This document shows positions 17,901 through 20,207 of a stretch of DNA of 20,207 bases, in pieces; within the stretch, counting starts at the first letter, position 1, and each line of letters opens with the position of its first letter. The notes under the pieces were generated by a model. The model had not been told where the DNA came from. It made no database searches and worked only from the letters and a program-made list of their open reading frames with translations. A program made the translations under genes and the position numbers. The DNA comes from Asterionella formosa. Lineage: Eukaryota. The stretch is taken from assembly GCA_002256025.1 (NCBI GenBank), contig NKIB01012336.1:62001-82207 (forward strand), written 5' to 3'.

Positions 17901-18216
17901 TGAAGTTGCAACCCTTCCTGTTTTACAGTCGCTTTCCTTGCAAGGTTGCTCTTTTTCTGGGACAATCCCTACAGAATTCGGACGCCTTACAAACTTGTAC
18001 AGTTTGAGGTTGAATTCAAATTATTTGACTGGCTCAATCCCATCATCATTAGGGAATTTGTTGAAAGTCCAGATTCTCTTGCTGAATTCGAATTTGTTGA
18101 CTGGTAATATGCCAGCTATGATTTGTGCCAATAGAGTCAACTTCGACACCGCAGTCGCGGAGTTGTCAGCTGATTGCAACTACGTCAATTGCACGTGCTG
18201 CACAAGTTGTTGGTGA
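14905..18216 (+). CDS. single-pass (type II) leucine-rich-repeat receptor-like membrane protein with a long acidic, repeat-containing N-terminal region, ~1103 aa
   Basis: TM segment FLLIALVFLVAVIGAVVGAIIA; PSPTLSPS linker; DPDSYQSHAYNWL and LVQRYSLACLYFST; CDWFGIVC cap; plant-type LRRs (LxLxxNxLTGxIP); C-terminal ADC..V.CTCCTSC. No kinase domain. First in-frame ATG is 14905; the ORF-track start at 14833 is GTG. Confidence 0.88.
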   Translation: MEDKIPSKVGVPQSDEIIESASMDLEPYPIADKKATPTTVTKLEDEKSFKSKKSIGSFDDPPASDWSVNAHDDGTKVDDLIRSWEVIISAPGQSDDEGEALASPILTPLTQTSLSQHEDANSTAEVQPFNKIGFFAERGFLETFLDDSSLEVFEDNINDNVPSTKSPNKSQVRDLLAQSTSAGKSASNEKNLAPLPDVMSKAKPETLTPNVDPVPLNGEANLSSIVPSSKIQATSTSVEASTKSECSAPVVHHVPLKGEGITSSVATSFKFQVASPSVEPNLKPENSVPVVDPVENKQGIIISPIVFPSKVNLETSNVEGNVKPENLVPVVDNVANKGEVNISPLVLPFKVNVLSPSVEANIKPENEGIVNISPVVLPSKVQFVSPFPSVEANLKPENSVSLVEPVNGKVVNSMGFNQVAAGLIDVVDTFAQNEVSPVEAPVVFENTATLVEYEVPGHSDLPISIKGSHNEKNGSNKLVGNEEKDDKLSNVGAFVSIATVATVETLASWATPEVPMVASQVASIERTPSIEKVPKLADCNIQTEKPLATSLQKPTVIEGTTPENIAEDKALRLSEEVTPVAKEEVLSHSLKIDTYDEINIQELDIDRVSPEVQLSSRNIKMEMEDYSQHEVEAGKRVGDEEKEGNSPNVVASVGIAIVETATAVVVTSVATSEVPMVATPRTPIEDPSFTKNAPQLADGEMNMEAPVHTELSATLKERAVIDESAPEQITEKALDPSEEVAPVANQKVASIVENDDSDNDVLIQEQDIDQAFPELSEVESFRDIEMGDDDPQTRASTISSDEKYDPFWKNQKFLLIALVFLVAVIGAVVGAIIATSGSGGSSISSSSSKNVPPLLVTPSPTLSPSQSLLSLITGVAIRKGAEFVDPDSYQSHAYNWLAKNFTYGTYSDAQLVQRYSLACLYFSTDLETEGGWNLSTEWLSYLTACDWFGIVCNAAGDITALNLGSNNLVGELPAEVSLLTTAYLLWFDFNNGLTGTIPTEVATLPVLQSLSLQGCSFSGTIPTEFGRLTNLYSLRLNSNYLTGSIPSSLGNLLKVQILLLNSNLLTGNMPAMICANRVNFDTAVAELSADCNYVNCTCCTSCW
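15511..16130 (+). repeat. coding tandem repeat, 120-nt (40-aa) unit KPEN..PVVDPV..KGE..ISP.V.P.KV....PSVEAN, five units plus a partial
   Basis: Unit starts (AAA[C/T]CAGAA) at 15511, 15631, 15751, 15871, 15991 and 16087. The fifth unit is shortened to 96 nt. Confidence 0.9.
16339..17265 (+). repeat. coding internal duplication, two diverged ~145-150-aa copies (~16339-16770 and ~16813-17265)
   Basis: Shared anchors VG.EEK, AT.EVPMVA, LAD, KAL..SEEV.PVA, IQE.DID...PE and R.I.M. Confidence 0.85.
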
Positions 18217-18446
18217 TTTCCTGTTGTTGTGACACGGAAAATGGAAGCTTGATGTTACCCAATTTCTTACAATCAGCATTCTCCCTCAAGTCATGTTCTA
18301 CCTTTATTATCTCTTTACAACTTCGCCACGAAATTTAACCTTCGGGCGCCATGTAGGACCAAAGCAATCCATACTTCTATCTGCACCTCCATTACTATTC
18401 AAAGCGATCCCAACCGGTAGTAACGTAGCACTCTATATGGATAGTA

Positions 18447-19772
18447 TTACGGACATTTACGATTCACAATTGCCGACCCATATTCATCATATTCTTTTTT
18501 TGTAATATACATGTCATGAAAAGATCCGAGAGATCCCAGAATTGACCCGCCTATCCAACTGCAAACTTTTCGCTCTTGAAAATTTGGCGACAAGACCTTC
18601 ACTCTCCATCCGGGTGTGTGTTGATGAATGATAGCCTCCATCTTTTCTCTAAAAAATTCCGGCAACGCCTGATCAGTTGGTCCCAAGCAAGCCCCACCTC
18701 CCGCCAGGATGACATTTCCCAAAAGACTTGCTTGTTGATCTCGATCACACAAAAATGCCGCCTCACATCCCATGGCAGGTATATTTCCCTCCGACCATGG
18801 TTCCGTAGATATATATGGTGCGCACGCTCGTTGTAAGTGCCGATTGGAGAAAGGCAATCGTGATGTAGTGGTGCTAGGGGTGGGCGGTTCATTGTCCTCG
18901 TTGCAATTGTCAAGGTCCATCATCATTGCCATCATTTGCTTCGTTCGTTGTCCTACCAAATCGTGACGCGTGGTGACACTGGCATCGTCTTGACCCAACA
19001 ACAAGTCCGATACTCCAAACCGTACCTTGGATGGAAGATCAATCTTGGTTCCATCCGGCAATTCATATGACATATGCGGAGCTTGGAACGTTGCATCAGC
19101 TTGAAGGACCGCCGCTCCAGATCCATCTTCACGACAATCTTGAGCCACAGCCAACCGTGCCAGCTGGTGAAAGTCCTCTCGTCGGAGAGCATGACCTCGT
19201 AGTTGGTATAGTGGCACATAGGGAGTCCCAATAGTCCTATCCAAGTGTCCCATGAGCATTGTATCCATTTCCTTAGTCCCCACCGGCGAGCGTCGAATGC
19301 CCTTTAGCTCCACGTAACCCTCATAGACGGGCGTGACAGTCGTGCCATGGTATCCCACGTCCACCACCGTCCCCGTCGTCCTCCCACATGCATAGCAGGC
19401 GAGCGTGGCGTCTCTCCCAAAGAATGCCGCTGGAACTTGTACCTCCTCCATGAGAATTTCCAACAACTGTTGGCGCATCGGCGGTGGCTGGTAGGATCGT
19501 TCTGCCAGCAAGAATGGTTGGTCGCTGGGCAATGTCAAGAGGGTGGTGTCAAAGGCGTGATGGACGAATCGTTGGAATAGGTCGCACCAATCGTCGTTGT
19601 AGAAAAGTCCAGTGGCGAGGTCGATGGGGTTGGCTGTTTCCCAGTCGCCGTCTGAGTCTTTCGGGTATTCAATGGGACGAGTGTGAAAGTCGTAATTGAT
19701 TTTCTGAATGGGTCGTGAGGTCGGAGCGTCTTGGTTCGTTGCAGCTGGCTGTTCCCTGAGCACCGCCACGTT
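18447..19772 (-). CDS. ARP4: actin-related protein 4 (Arp4/ACTL6-like, nuclear), exon 2 of 2; spliced protein ~484 aa
   Basis: Actin-fold motifs GRTTGTVVDVG, YELPDG and NVILAGG. SWIGGSILGSLGSFHDMYITKKEYDEYG...RKCP is a C-terminus typical of Arp4. Confidence 0.88.
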   Translation of the reverse strand, partial: NVAVLREQPAATNQDAPTSRPIQKINYDFHTRPIEYPKDSDGDWETANPIDLATGLFYNDDWCDLFQRFVHHAFDTTLLTLPSDQPFLLAERSYQPPPMRQQLLEILMEEVQVPAAFFGRDATLACYACGRTTGTVVDVGYHGTTVTPVYEGYVELKGIRRSPVGTKEMDTMLMGHLDRTIGTPYVPLYQLRGHALRREDFHQLARLAVAQDCREDGSGAAVLQADATFQAPHMSYELPDGTKIDLPSKVRFGVSDLLLGQDDASVTTRHDLVGQRTKQMMAMMMDLDNCNEDNEPPTPSTTTSRLPFSNRHLQRACAPYISTEPWSEGNIPAMGCEAAFLCDRDQQASLLGNVILAGGGACLGPTDQALPEFFREKMEAIIHQHTPGWRVKVLSPNFQERKVCSWIGGSILGSLGSFHDMYITKKEYDEYGSAIVNRKCP

Positions 19773-19868
19773 CTACATTATTTGAATGGATCATTAGACT
19801 CTAGATATAGTTGGCACAATACAGAACATCATATTATAAAGCAAGCATTGAAATATTATTCTACTCAC
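19773..19868 (-). other. 96-nt phase-0 spliceosomal intron of ARP4
   Basis: GTGAGT donor at 19868, CTAAT branch-like site (~19793-19797) and TGTAG acceptor ending at 19773. Splicing joins ...YFRS to NVAVL... in frame. Confidence 0.9.
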
Positions 19869-19997
19869 GGAACGGAAGTAGGATTTTGGAAAATCTTCGC
19901 CTGCAAAGCCCATTTTAGTCGCATACGAACCCATATCGCAGACAACGGCCTGAACGGCGTCGTTGGGGTCATATAGCGTATACTTTTCGTTGGACAT
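19869..19997 (-). CDS. ARP4: actin-related protein 4, exon 1 (43 codons)
   Basis: MSNEK...VQAVVCDMGSYATKMGFAGEDFPKS matches the actin/Arp4 N-terminal phosphate-1 loop. Confidence 0.9.
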
Positions 19998-20207
19998 GCT
20001 GATCGGAAGGCAGTTGTGAAGGGCGATGGATCAGTATTGATGTGTATTCGTTTTAGCAAGCAAAACTGGAAGCGAGTTATTGTTGAAATGGTCCGTACTC
20101 CTTCCCGCGGGTTGGGTCTCTCTTCACGTAGACTCTTACGTGATCGTAGTACTACCTAGTACCACTCACTTTCTCTCTTGTCTCTGCTTCTAGCCTTCCT
20201 GCTAGAT

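Overview
Eukaryotic genomic DNA, most likely from a diatom. This is inferred from a diatom-type single-pass LRR protein, an RxL-motif secreted protein, compact nearly intron-free genes and one 96-nt GT-AG intron. There are seven intact genes: a Cys-type TenA (thiaminase II); a type-II membrane SGNH/PC-esterase-like protein; two tandem Zn-dependent CAD/YahK-type aldehyde reductases (~86% identical); a small basic secreted Cys-domain protein; a 1.1-kaa repeat-rich LRR membrane protein; and a two-exon actin-related protein 4. Between TenA and the SGNH-like gene lies ~6 kb of decayed, partly CpG-depleted sequence. It holds the most novel-looking item: a 376-bp tRNA-headed SINE-like insertion (1965-2340) with canonically spaced Pol III A/B boxes and an exact 15-bp target-site duplication. 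The same region has an OPR/RAP-protein pseudogene fragment and a probable non-LTR retrotransposon 3' fragment. Intergenic DNA throughout the window is enriched in the palindromes TACCGGTA/TACCWGGTA, including a perfect 30-bp palindrome. All calls were made by eye with no database searches.
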